Shown piece by piece: positions 37,925 to 50,333 of a stretch of 64,000 nucleotides of DNA (position 1 is the first letter of the stretch; every line of letters begins with the position of its first letter). The stretch comes from Phoronis australis (lineage: Eukaryota; Animalia; Phoronida). The notes under the pieces were generated by a model. That model did not search any database. It was not told the origin of the DNA and saw only the letters and a program-made list of their open reading frames with translations. Where the stretch lies: assembly GCA_002633005.1 (NCBI GenBank), contig NMRA01000057.1, positions 1,148,595 through 1,212,594 on the forward strand, in the 5' to 3' direction. The position numbers and the translations under genes are program-made.

Positions 37925-38510
37925 CACGATTTCATGTAATTATTTTGTCCAATGATGTACAAAAGTATTCTTCGCAATGTGCTTAGCAAAATGGAAATGA
38001 ACATGTTGTCATGTTACAGTAGAGAGCCACTGTCTGAATATCGAGCTGGGGTGTACCTGATGTGTTTACACTCCGCTGGCATATCATTTCTGACTCCAGT
38101 GCCTAGTCTCGAATCTTTTTATTCGAGATGGAGCTCGAAACAATGTTTGGCATTTTTTAATCTACTTTTGTGCGAACTCAAGATAAGTGTATTACTCTAT
38201 GCTCGAGTGCATTATGTCTTACGTGGATGATTTATTAAGTCCTAGTTTGCAATTGACAAATCCAACATTAAAGCTAAGAGTTTGAACTCGAAATTTCGAG
38301 TTTTCACTCGAGTTTGTAGCGCGATTATAAGGGTTTTTAAGTCCGAACTTGGACTAGACACTCATATGTATGAACTATAATTATTCGAGCACAATCTGAT
38401 AACCACTTATCTTGAGTTCGCACAAAAGGAGCAGAGAAATTGTCAACAATAATTTCGATTTCATTTCCAGTGCCTAGATTCGAGACCGGGCCCTGGTTTG
38501 TGATTTCTCT
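37925..38510. mobile_element. Inserted repeat rich in ctcgaa/ctcgag; same family as 33440-33750
   Basis: Absent from the paralogous position at about 32280. Shares the gagaccgggccc...tgtga end with about 33728. Confidence 0.55.
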
Positions 38511-39921
38511 ATGACATAAATTTGGGAAAACAGGCATACGTATGCCCTACTTTGTCCACTTCAATGTCCCATTTTTGCATGAAACAGCGCAGGGCCCCTC
38601 GCCCCAACGCCCGCATGTTGTTGGCACAGTGACATTATTGCGATATATGTATGACATCAATCGGAGTTATATCTGACTTAATTCGCGAATAATATCGCAC
38701 GATTTATCAATGTCATCCAGAATTTTATTTAAGTCAGACATAAATAACATGAATATGACCTACCGCTATTCTGTTTATATCTGACACCAAACATATTAAT
38801 GCCTGATGTAAGTCAGCCAATGAGAATAGTTGATACATTCATTGCTTCATTGATTTGCCCGCAATGTTTCCAGCTGTCGAGTGATTCAGTACCTTGTTAA
38901 CGGTTTTCAATAATGACACTCTTGTGCCGTTGGCCAAATCGGTGTACGTTACGCACATCAATTACATGTATGTGCGTCAAATAATTTTTAACGATATAAA
39001 TTGACGGGGTAGATTAATAATTTGCTTCACACGTAGGCCTGCTGTTCTCCGCATAAGTGGTCACAGGACAGTAATGAGATCACGAAAAAATATGGAGACT
39101 GTTGATATCTTTCTTGTGTTCAGCCAGTACAGTGTATATCTACATGATGCGAAAATTTGAGGGATCATACCAACATAAAACTGACGGCAATCGTTATGGT
39201 TTACCTGTTTTCCATTTTGTACGCGTATTTCAAATTTAATCTAAAGAGTGTCTACAGTGTTTACTACACAGTGAATTGTTAACATATTTCTTGTGTTCAG
39301 CCAGTCTTTGATTCGAAATTTCAGTGGTCATGACAACGTAAAATTCACAGCAATCGATATAGTTCATCTCACTACGCTAAATGTTTCGTGCTGTCAATGT
39401 TTGTAATCATGACAATATTTGTGTCAAATTTTTAGAGAATATTCACCTACAGGAACTCCATGCTGGGAGATCAAGCAATAGCAATTATGTCGAAACATAC
39501 ACCTGTACATCTGGAGTATTAGAAGAGTTTTTAGTTGACAGATCTTATGCTATGCATGTGAAGTGAATACTCTGATACGATAGTTTGTTTTCTGTCTACT
39601 ACAGTACCCGAGGAAGATAACTGATCAGTTATCGAAACGTTGTTTTTATGCTACTGTACGTTCTTGCGTTATAGTCCTAAGGCAATGGGACATCCTCCAC
39701 ACGTATGCTTGCTGTAATCCACAGAAGTGGTCACAGGACAGTAGATCAAGGAAATTAATTCTTGAGAGATTTCCAGTTTAGAAAAACAATTCGAACTACG
39801 TTGATAAGAAAATAATGCTACGAACTGTACTTGTGAAAACGGCATGTTAACTGTGGACGTTGAAGGTCATTGTAATCACTGAACAATGTTAATTTTGAAT
39901 GTGAGAAACATTTTGACATAC

Positions 39922-39957
39922 CTCCACCTCCTCCAGTTTCAGTTGGCGTAACTGTAG
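39922..39957 (-). CDS. 36-nt stalk microexon (A)TVTPTETGGGG
   Basis: tcttcag|CTACAGTTACGCCAACTGAAACTGGAGGAGGTGGAG|gtatg, phase 1-1. Confidence 0.75.
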
Positions 39958-40742
39958 CTGAAGATCAGAATTTAGCATTGTTACATACATCCACAAGTGA
40001 AAGTTGAGTCTCGAGACAAGTGCAAACTCAAGTGATCAAAGGTTGCTGTGTGTGAATGAAACTGAAACACGAGCACTTAGTAATCTAAATAGTATTTTCA
40101 GTGTTGATAGAATGAATACTCAGTGCTTTGTTAGCATCGTTCTTGTGTTCAGCCAGTCTATGATGCAAAATCTCAAAGCAATCGCTATTGTTCATCTGAA
40201 CACACTAAAGGGCTTCCTGGAGTTTAGATCATGACAATAACTATGTCAAACTCTTAATCCATGATGCTATTCACATACAGGCCCTCAAGGCTGAGAAATC
40301 ACTCCATAGCAGTGTTGGAACATGCATGTTGGAGTCGTGGTAGAGGTTTTGGTTGACAGATATTGTGTCCTGCATTGTGATGTGAAGTGAACGTTCTGAT
40401 ACCATAGATTATTTAGTGTCTACTACAGTACCTGAGGAAGATAATTGGTCAGTAAAGAAACGTTGTTTTCATCCTAGATTCTAGTGTTATTTTTGTTTTG
40501 TACATTTTACTTCTCGTTTCATTGGCCAAAAACAAATATTAAGCGGCAGAATAATTATTGATTAATATTCAAACGTCGTTTTCATGCTGCACTCTGGCGT
40601 CATTTTTTTCAGGATTTCTTACTTGTCATTATTGCACAAATACTAACATCATTCATTTGAAAGCGTCATACGGTGTGCCTACTATTAAGCTCTGTCTTAG
40701 GTGAACAAAGTTAATTTTGAGTTAGAGAAAAATATTTCATAC

Positions 40743-40778
40743 CTCCACTTTCTCCATTTCCAGTTGGCATAATCGTAT
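40743..40778 (-). pseudogene. 36-nt stalk microexon (D)TIMPTGNGESG with acceptor AG mutated to GG
   Basis: tttacgg|ATACGATTATGCCAACTGGAAATGGAGAAAGTGGAG|gtatg. Confidence 0.6.
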
Positions 40779-41394
40779 CCGTAAATCATAACTTAGTTTT
40801 AAAGTAAGTATTGCTACATGTATCTATACGTGAAAGTTGAGTCTCGATACAAATGGAAACCCAAGTGGTGAAAAGTCACTGCGTGTGAATTAGATTTTAT
40901 AGTGTATTCGATTTAACAAGTATAGCATTTTCGCAGTACACGTTTTGGATTAAGTACGACTGAGTAAAAACCAATGAAAACATAATCGCATCCATAGATT
41001 TTTGGGAGTTAACAGATCTTTAGAGAAAGTTCCCTTCAGCACATTGACCTTTCAAAGTTAAAGTACGATACAATCCTGATTTTCCAATTTCGTAAACCAT
41101 TACTGCATCATTTGGAAAAACTGTGATACAAAATGTCAAATTAGTCCGAAAGCAATGGGAAATCCTCAACACGCATGGTTACTGTAATCCACGGAAGTAC
41201 TCGCACAGCATTAGATAATGGAAAAATGAACTCTTGAGAGATTTGCAATTTAGAACAACAATTCGAACTGCGCTGATAAGAAAATGATGCTACTAAGTGT
41301 TCTTGTGAGAGCGACATGTTATCTGGGGAAGTTGAAGGTCTATGTAATCACTAAGCAATGTTAACTTTTGAATGTGAGAAACATTACGGCATAC

Positions 41395-41430
41395 CTCTAC
41401 CTCCTTCATCTCCAGTTGGCTTAACTGTAG
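41395..41430 (-). CDS. 36-nt stalk microexon (A)TVKPTGDEGGR
   Basis: ttttcag|CTACAGTTAAGCCAACTGGAGATGAAGGAGGTAGAG|gtatg. Confidence 0.75.
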
Positions 41431-42465
41431 CTGAAAATCATAACTTAGTTTTAAAATAAGTAGTGTTACATACATCTACAATTAAAAGTTGAGTATCAAG
41501 ACAAATGAAAACCCAAGTGAGGAAGAGGTACTGTGTGTGAATGAAATTAAAACACGAGCACTTAGTAATCTAATATTGTTTTTCAAAGTTGAGAGAATGA
41601 ATACACAGCGCTTTGTTAGCATCATTCTTCTGTTCAGCCAGTCTATGATGCAAAATTCGAGTGGTCATGCCAAAGTGAAATTCAAAACAATCGTTATTGT
41701 TCATCTGACCACATTAAAGGGCTTCCTGGGGTTAATGTTTTTGATTATGACAATAAAAATGTCAAACTTTTAATCCATGAGGCTATTCACATACAGGCGC
41801 TCAATGCCGAGAGATCACAATTTCAGTACTGGAACATACAGGTTGGAGTCGTGATAGAGTTTTTAGTTGACAGATCCTGTGTCATGCATTGTGATGTGAA
41901 ATGAACAACCTGATACGATAGTTTATTTCCTGTCTTCAATTGTACCTGAGGAAGATAATTCATTAGTATTGAAATGTTGTTTTCATCCTACATACTAGTG
42001 TCATTTTTGTTTTGTGCCATTTTTGTTTTGTACATTTCTCATTTGGCCAAAGACTAATGATATTCTCGTGAAAGCAGCATGTTTCCTGTGTATTATTGAG
42101 CTCTGTATTCGGTGAATAAAGTTCATTTCAAGTTAAATAATATTAGTATACCTCCACTTCCTCCATTTTCAAGTCGATTAATGGTGTGTTACTTTTAAAA
42201 TAAGTGCTCATGTCCATAAGGAAAAGTTGATACTCGAAACAAATGGGAACCCCAACTGCCAAAAGTTACTGAGTGCACTTGAAAATGAAAACATGAGTAC
42301 TTAGTAATCTACAACAGAATGAACACAAAGGGCACTGCTTTACTTTTCTTGCGTTTCATTTGCCTAAAAACAATCACTATTGCATTAAAAGCGATATATG
42401 GTCTGTCTACCGCTAATATCTGTACTCAATAAAGAAAGCTAATAATTTGACAACGTTTTTCTTAC

Positions 42466-42501
42466 CGCCACCTTCCCCATTTTCAGTTGGCATAATGGTA
42501 C
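42466..42501 (-). CDS. 36-nt stalk microexon (G)TIMPTENGEGG
   Basis: tttacag|GTACCATTATGCCAACTGAAAATGGGGAAGGTGGCG|gtaag. Confidence 0.75.
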
Positions 42502-43365
42502 CTGTAAATCATAATTTAGTTGTACATAAAATATTCTCACGTAGCTACAACTCAAAGTTGAAACTCAACACAAATGAAAACCCAAGTTGCGAAATTTTAT
42601 TGGGTGTACACTTAACTCATAAAAATAACATTAATGGGATGTCTGTTTTTTAATTTATACTCAATTAAAAGCAAAGAACTTAAAATTTAGTGCCAAAACC
42701 GTTCTGAATTTCTTGTCAACTTGTGCCTTAATAGCAAAAAGAACTTGTTCTTCAGTTGCTCAGCGGCCAGGTCAGTGGTCCTGACTTGTCTGACATAGTC
42801 GTAGCGCCACCATGTGGATTAGAGTCTAAAATTACGCTTTGCAAAACCTTGTATGACTGAGCAGGAGTACTCTCCAACAACTAATCTAACAAAACCTTCA
42901 AAACATGCTCACAATGAAGTACTACACTGGACACCAGAGTATAAAGTGATGTTCAACGTGTTTCGCTACTTTGACAACATGCAGATGGAAGTGCAGCCAG
43001 CTAATGTAAATGGCACTACCGCTTGAAGTATCCCGCTTATTGTTGACGACACGTGTACTGTACTATAGTATTGAGAAAAACACGGAGTAAGAAGCATTAG
43101 GCCGCTTTTGACTACACAAAGGCACTTGAATATCCCCATTTATTGCAGAATTTCCGCAACATTTGGAAAACTGTTTTCAAAAATGTCAAAATACTTTGAG
43201 CAACCACTAATGTCTGATGTTTTCAGTGACCGTAACTATTCATCAGAAAAACATGAGTTTGTGAGATTTGCAGATTGGAACAACTCGAATTTCGTTATAA
43301 AGAAAATGATGGCATTAATGCTGGATCAAAGTTAAATTTGTTATTATAGAAAAACATTGACATAC

Positions 43366-43401
43366 CTCTAACTTCTCCATTTGTGGTTGGCTTGGTTGTA
43401 T
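43366..43401 (-). CDS. 36-nt stalk microexon (D)TTKPTTNGEVR
   Basis: tttttcag|ATACAACCAAGCCAACCACAAATGGAGAAGTTAGAG|gtatg. Confidence 0.75.
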
Positions 43402-45781
43402 CTGAAAAACGTAATTAAAAGAGGCCTGAACTACATATTTTAGCATATTGATATGTATTTTGAAAGCATAAAGGCTTGTTACTGGCATTCACATACTCCT
43501 AAATAATGCACAATGATTTTCTTTTTTACTTTGAAAACTAAAAATTTCTCAGTTCCGTCAATCCCCATTGCAAGCGATGCTTTTCGTGACGTCACTGAGG
43601 CTGTACAGCACACAGAGATATAGGTCATTAGCCGTGCAACATGTGCATACTCACAACCTTTTTCGTTTTTCTTTCCTGTGACTTGATTCATCCCATGGCC
43701 TAGCCAGCCAGCTAGCTGCATGAAGACTAGCTTCAAAATACAACTGGGTACCAGTAGCACTGTGTGTTGAGCTCTGTTAGACTCCAAAATTTCACATAGC
43801 CCGGGTAGTTCTGCTCGTCACCTCGCCGTCGTGAAACTTATATCAACATGTAGAGCTCTAAGCCGGGAAGGGAGCGTGCAAATATCTGGGAGTCAACCGA
43901 CACTCACCTTGCCGGCTGGAGCCATTTAAGTGAAAAACAATCTAGTAAACATTTTATTTAGCAATTTTCCGCCTTTTGTAACAAGGAAAACAGTACGCTC
44001 AACACGTGCTACATGTATTTCCTAAAATTTTGAGACATCTGTCGGGAAATGATGACAGCTTCGCAGGGGCAAATATTTTTATGAAATTCGTTTATCTGGT
44101 ATGAAAATATTAAAAACTTGTAAGGAAATGAAATCAGCTCTAATAATTTGTTGTGACATGTACACAACTTCGAAGAACAGTTCGACTGCTTGTTATAATT
44201 GGAAGTACAACTAAGTGAACGAAACTGGCCATTAAGGCAACACGTGACGGCGCCCAAAGCCGACCTTCAAGAGAGCACCCAAATTTTAAGCAGCAGCTGG
44301 AGTGAACGGCAGAACGCCAACAACTTCAGGGAAGAGTGCCATTTTAACGACACTAATTTAGTGTCAGATTTTATTTGATAAGTTTTTACCCACATCGTTG
44401 CAAAGGCCGCTGTATATATTTACTATATAATACAGCTTACACCAAGGCAAGGCTACGCAGTCGGGTCCCTTTCCTGGCTCGTGCCGAGAACGGCATCGTT
44501 CCACTAACAGTCAACACTACACGGCAGTAAACTTGAATTATGAACTTTTGAGAGCCGAGATTGCAGACAAATAATACACATTAAACACAGTTCTGTAGCC
44601 GATAGGCATTCACCCAATAAGCTATATACATAATAAGCTTAAATTATGTTATTGCCTTCACCCACAGTACAGACTCAGTGACGTCAGACGCGCGTTAGCC
44701 AATAGTATCTAACATTGGAAAAACGCTTTTTTTTCAAAATTGTGAAAGAGTATTATAGAGGTGCTTTCTGATATAGACTTTATTCATCAGTTAAATTACA
44801 TTAAAAACGCTTGTTATTGTCTTTCAGGAACCTTTTAAATGTTAATTTCCATCAACGTTGGTATCTCGAAGCAAAAATTGGTGCGCGAGAAAATTATAAG
44901 CGCAAACACCAAAAATATACTCCTCACGTACAGTTATAACGCATGAGATGTCCACATTTATTAACTAACAATTCTTAACCTTTGCAGTTAAGTGAAAATA
45001 CACTTTTGGATTGGCAACAAAAACGTTAATTCATCCTTCAGCATTTAGAGCGGTCAAGGTCCGTATATGTAATCTATGTCCATGAGCCCGGAGGCTGATT
45101 CCGAAGGCACGACATTGCACGAAATCCATTGCTGTTGTTGTGAGCAAAAGAACTCCCGAAAAAATGATGACCTAGCAAAATCTTTGAAATTTATTCACGA
45201 AGAAACTTACTCAGAACACTACATTAATGCTGGATGAGTTTTGCTACTTTGATAACATGCAAATGACGATTCACCCAGCAATTGTCAACTGCACTGATGC
45301 CTGAAATTTCACCTGACAACAAAAGTAGTGTGGATTACGGACAGAAACACGGAGTAGCAATTCACAAGAATTCATAAAATTGCCTGAGATTTGATTATAT
45401 TTGCAAATATAACCACAACTTGAGGTTGCAAACTGGTGAATACACCTGTAGGAACACATATCTGCAGTACATGTATTTTATCAGATCGTTCAAGCACCAC
45501 ATGAAGCAGACACGTCCAACAAAGAAACTGAAGCGTAGTCACCTCAACTGAAACCCACACGACAAAATTTCGGGCTTACAAAATACAATACAATCAATTC
45601 CTTAACACTGCCAGACTTTAATTCCATTTCCTGAGTAAAATGTGTACTCTTTCACAATGCTACGAAAGATTTTCAGTACGAGTGGCGCTGCGTCTGAGAG
45701 TAGGGTAACATGATACTGACTTCCTACTAAATCCATGACAACAGGACTTAGTGCTCCAACACAATTTAAATAATATCTTAC

Positions 45782-46102
45782 CAGTCACTTCAATGGCCCC
45801 AGTTTCAGCTGACAAAGTAGCCTGTCTGTTGGACACTTGACATCTGAACTTTGCACCATCATCAGCTACATCCAAGTTGACCGTCAGTATGCTGGTGACG
45901 CTAGTGGTTCCATCACTGTTGTTGGCGGTAGTCGTGTTAATATTCTCTGTTATATCTGCGAAAGCACCGCTACCTATCCGACGTGACCACAACATAGATG
46001 CTTGAGGTTTACCCAAGTTAGCTGTACACGTGAGGACAGTTGGTCCTGCTCCAACAAAAACAGACGTCGGAACTCCAGATATATATGGTGAGCTTGGGAG
46101 TA
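45782..46102 (-). CDS. Intact Ig domain exon (C2-set, CD80/nephrin-like), copy A
   Basis: ttccacag acceptor, gtaag donor, 321 nt, phase 1-1. Motifs LTCTANLGKPQASMLW, SDGTTSVTSILTV, DDGAKFRCQVSN. Confidence 0.92.
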
Positions 46103-48583
46103 CTGTGGAAACAAAAAAGGCGTGACACCGTGGCAAGATTGTCATAAAAACGCTCATAACAATAATGTTATATTTTCAAGAAAAGGTTGGCTTGATTGTA
46201 TCTGCAAAACGTAATTAAAAGAGGCCTGAACTTCATATTTCAGCATACTAATATTTATTTTGAAAGTATAAAGGTTTGTTACTGACATCCACATTTTCCT
46301 AAATAGTGCACAGTGTTTTTCTTTTTTACTTTGAAAAGTGAAAATTTCTCACTTGCAAGCGATGCTTTTCGTGACGTCACTGAGGCTGTACAGCACAAAG
46401 AGATATAGGTCATTAGCCGTGCAACATGTGCATACTCACAACCTTTTCCGTTTTCTTTCCTGTGAATTCGATTCATCCCATGGCCTAGCCAGCCAGCTAG
46501 CTGTATGAACACTAGCTTCAAAATACAACTAGGTACCAGTAGCACTTTGTGTTGAGCTCCGTTAGAATCCGAGGTTTCACATAGCCCGGGTAGTTCTGCT
46601 CGTCACCTCGCCGTCGTTAAACTTATATCAACATGTAGAGCTCTAAACCGGGAAGGGAGCGTGCAAGTATCTGGGAGTTAACCGACACTCACCTTCCCGC
46701 TGGAGCCATTTAAATGAAAAACAATCTAGTAAACGTTATTTTATTTTGCAATTCTCCGCATTTTGTAACAATGAAAACATTACGCTCAACACGCGCTATT
46801 GCCTAAAGTTTTGAGACATCTTTCGGGAAATGATGACAGCTTCGCAGGGGCAAGATTTTTTATGAAATTCGTGTTTCTGGTATTAAAATACTAAAAACTT
46901 GTAAGGAAATGAAATCAGCTCTAATAATTTGTTGTGACATGTACACAGCTTCGAAGAACAGTTCGACCGCTTGTTATAATTGGAAGTTCAACTCGGTGAA
47001 CGAAACTGGCCATTAAGGCAACACGTAACGGTGCCGAAAGCCGAACTTCAAGAGAGCATCCAAATTTTAGCAGCAGCCGGAGTGAACGGCAGAACGCCTA
47101 CTTTTTCAACACCAGTAAATAATTTAGTTTACTCAAGGAAGAGTGTCATTTTAATGACACTAATTTTGTGTCAGATTTTATTTGATAAGTTTTTACTCAC
47201 ATCGGTGCGAAGGCCGCTGTATATATTTACTATATAATACAGCTTACACCAAGGCAAGCCTACGCAGTCGGGTCCCTTTCCTGGCCCGTGCCGAGAACGG
47301 CATCGTTCCACTAACAGTCAACACTACACGGCAGTAAACGTGAATTATGAAATTTTGAGAGCCGAGATTGCAGACGAATTATACACATTTAACACAGTTC
47401 TGTAGCCGAGGCATTCACCCAATAAGCTATATACATAATAAGCTTAAATTATGTTATTGCCTTCACCCCACAGTACAGACTCAGTGACGTCATACGCGCG
47501 TTAGCCAATAGTAATTAACATTGGAAAAACGTTTTTTTCAAAAAATGAAAGAGTCGCAAAGAGGTGTTTTCTGATATAGACTTTATACATCAATTAAATT
47601 ACATTAAAAACGCATGTTATTGTCTTTCATGAACCTTTTAAGTATTTGCATCAACGTTCGTATCTCGAAGCAAGAATTGGTGCGCGAGAATATTATAAGC
47701 GCAAACACCAAAAATATACTCCTCACGTACAGTTACAACGCATGAGATGTCCACATTTATTAACTAACAATTCTTAACCTTCGCAGTTAAGTGAAAATAC
47801 ACTTTTGGATTGGCAACAAAAACGTTAATTCATCCCTCAGCATTTAGAGCGGTCAAGGTCCGTATATGTAATCTATGTCCATGAGCCCGGAGGCGGATTC
47901 CGAAGGCACGACATTGCACGAAATCCATTGCTGTTGTTGTGAGCAAAAGAACTCCCGAAAAAAATGATAAACTAACAAAATCTCTGAAATTTATTCACGA
48001 AGAAAACTTACTCAGAACACTACATTAATGCTGGATGAGTTTTGCTACTTTGATAACATGCAAAGGACGATTCACCCAGCAATTGTCAACTGCACTGATG
48101 CCTGAAATTTCACCTGACAACAAAAGTAGTGTGGATTACGGACAGAAACACGGATTAGCAATTCACAAGAATTCATCAAATTGCCTGAGATTTGATAATA
48201 TTTGCAAATATAACCACAACTTGAGGTTGCAAACTGGTGAATACACCTGTAGGAACACATGTCTGCAGTACATGTATTTTATCAGATCGTTCAAGCACCA
48301 CATGAAGCAGACACGTCCAACAAAGAAACTGAAGCGTATTCACCTCAACTGAAACCCACACGGCAAAATTCCGGGCTTACAAAATACAATACAATCAATT
48401 CCTCAACACTGCCAGACTTTAATTCCATTTCCTGAGTAAAATGTACACTCTTTCACAGTGCTACGAAAAATTTTCAGTATGAGTGGCGCTGCGTCTGAGA
48501 GTAGGGAAACATTGATAGTGACTTCCTACTAAATCCCTGACAACAGAATTTAGTGCTCCAACACAATTTAAATAATATCTTAC

Positions 48584-48904
48584 CAGAAACTTCAATGGCC
48601 CCAGTTTCAGCTGACAAAGTAGCCTGTCTGTTGGACACTTGACATCTGAACTGTGCACCATCATCAGCTGCATCCAATTTGACCGTCAGTATGCTGGTGC
48701 CGCTAGTGGTTCCATCACTGTTGTTGGCGGTAGTCGTGTTAACATTCTCCGTTATATCTGTGTATGCACCGCTACCTATCCGACGTGACCACAACATAGA
48801 TGCCTGTGGTTTCCCCAAGTTAGCTGTACACGTGAGGACAGTTGGTCCTGCTTCACCAAAAACAGACGTCGGAGCTCCAGATATAGATGGTGAGCCTGGG
48901 AGTG
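48584..48904 (-). CDS. Intact Ig domain exon (C2-set, CD80/nephrin-like), copy B
   Basis: Same splice sites, length and Cys-Trp-Cys core; DDGAQFRCQVSN. Confidence 0.92.
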
Positions 48905-49246
48905 CTGTGGAAACAAAAACGTGACACCGTTGCAAGATTGTCATAAAAACGCTCATAACAATAATGTTATATTTTCAAGAAAAGGAAACGTTAAACATAT
49001 CTGGGGGCTCTTCCGTGAAAACTGATTTCGCTGAGGCAAATCTTAAATTTCAGCCAATATTGAAATAAAACTTAAATTTGTCGCAGATTCATTTCAAGAC
49101 AGAAGTCATAAATCTGACTGAAGTTTTTGACTTAATTTTTGTCTCAATTTTGATTACTTTTCAGGATGTGGAAGTTTAAAAGTTTCCAGGTTGAAACAAA
49201 TTTCCGATTAAGTCAAAAATGAAGTCGGTTTCTTGGAACAGGTACC

Positions 49247-50333
49247 TGTCAGAATATAGTCTGACAATATTATTAGTTGTTTTGTTTTGTTTTGTTGTTC
49301 AGTTTGATTGGCATGACCCCAGAGTTAAGTACAGTTATGATGAAATTTGTTTACTACAGAATAGTATGGAACTTTTTAGTAGAATGAGCTCAGTAGTGAT
49401 GATGTAATTTGTTTACGACAAAATAATGTGGAACTCTTTAGAAGACTGATTTTCAGAACAGTGATGACGTAATTTGTTTACTACAGTATAGTGTGGAACT
49501 TTCTAGAAGACTCTAGCATGACAGTGATTAATGCAGTCCGGAATATTCTAGAGACTAGTACATGTTTGTAGAATGTTTGGGTAGATTCTGGAAAGTTCTA
49601 GAATGTGCTTGAATTGATGAAAATTTCAAGAACAATGCATTAGGCTATAAATACACAAGTACGGGTTTGTGTTATTCAGATCAAGTCAGATAATCAGCAG
49701 TTCAAGAAAGTTAATCAGGAGAATAACAGTTGAGTTACAGTGGAGAGAATCAGCAGTTACAGCGATATTAAATAGAGAGTCAACTATAGAGACAACAGGT
49801 TATTGAATCGACGAGTGTAACAGTTGCTGAACTTGTCTCAGAAGTTCATCACAATTCCGAGGCTTCGCAGCATTGGCTGGAGCATAAACAGATATTACGT
49901 CGGACGTTTTGTTTCAGTAGACTTTTGAACGTACGGTCGGGATTAACAAAGTATTAACTGGAACCAGTCTTCAGTCAATCATCGCACCGAAAGCTATTAG
50001 CACCGGTCTGTAACAACCTGCGCTCACCCATACACGGGGAAAAACGTGACAGTCCCTGAACTACTGTTTTTCTACTTCGTGAATCAAACTTCAATGTCGT
50101 GCTGATGAGATTGTGCCACAGTGCGAGGCATTCATTTGTGGCAGTTATTGCATTGGAATTCATTTTCACTTATATGTTTTGTAACTCTGCCGTTTTTCAA
50201 TCAAAGTCTACGTTTATTTTCAAACTATGAATTACTAATATCCTAAATTAAATTCATTTAGTAAGCAATTGATCCGGTTACTTCATGAAATTTAGCGCAC
50301 GTGCCACCACAAGCATCGCTTAAATTTATTACA
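49247..50333 (+). mobile_element. Possible solo LTR (Gypsy-like)
   Basis: TGT...ACA ends, three ~60-bp internal tandem repeats at 49337-49530, ttctaga repeats, ctataaata at about 49645, and attaaa near the 3' end. No TSD found. Confidence 0.45.

Larger units (their letters stand above)
29850..38745. repeat. Old segmental duplication of the 3' gene module (29850-32507 vs 34765-38745)
   Basis: Collinear diverged anchors, for example acaggtaacct..aacatgaaaatcatcggc, the GPI exon, gcttaggtaagatgtttaatct and gtcagacataa. Confidence 0.9.
39000..43400. repeat. Diverged tandem duplications (main period about 1.47 kb) carrying the microexons
   Basis: 39670 vs 41142 (tagtcc..gcaatggga..tcct), and repeated cctgaggaagataa and catacctc anchors. 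Confidence 0.85.
43385..48985. repeat. Recent 2.8-kb tandem duplication (units about 43385-46184 and 46185-48985)
   Basis: Collinear and highly similar, exon offset 2802 nt, gap-free junction with gg microhomology. Confidence 0.95.

Noticed and set aside
40004-41773. Two similar plus-strand ORFs (76 and 94 aa) as a small protein family
   Set aside because: Both use non-ATG starts, have no recognisable motif, and lie in duplicated intron units antisense to the microexons.
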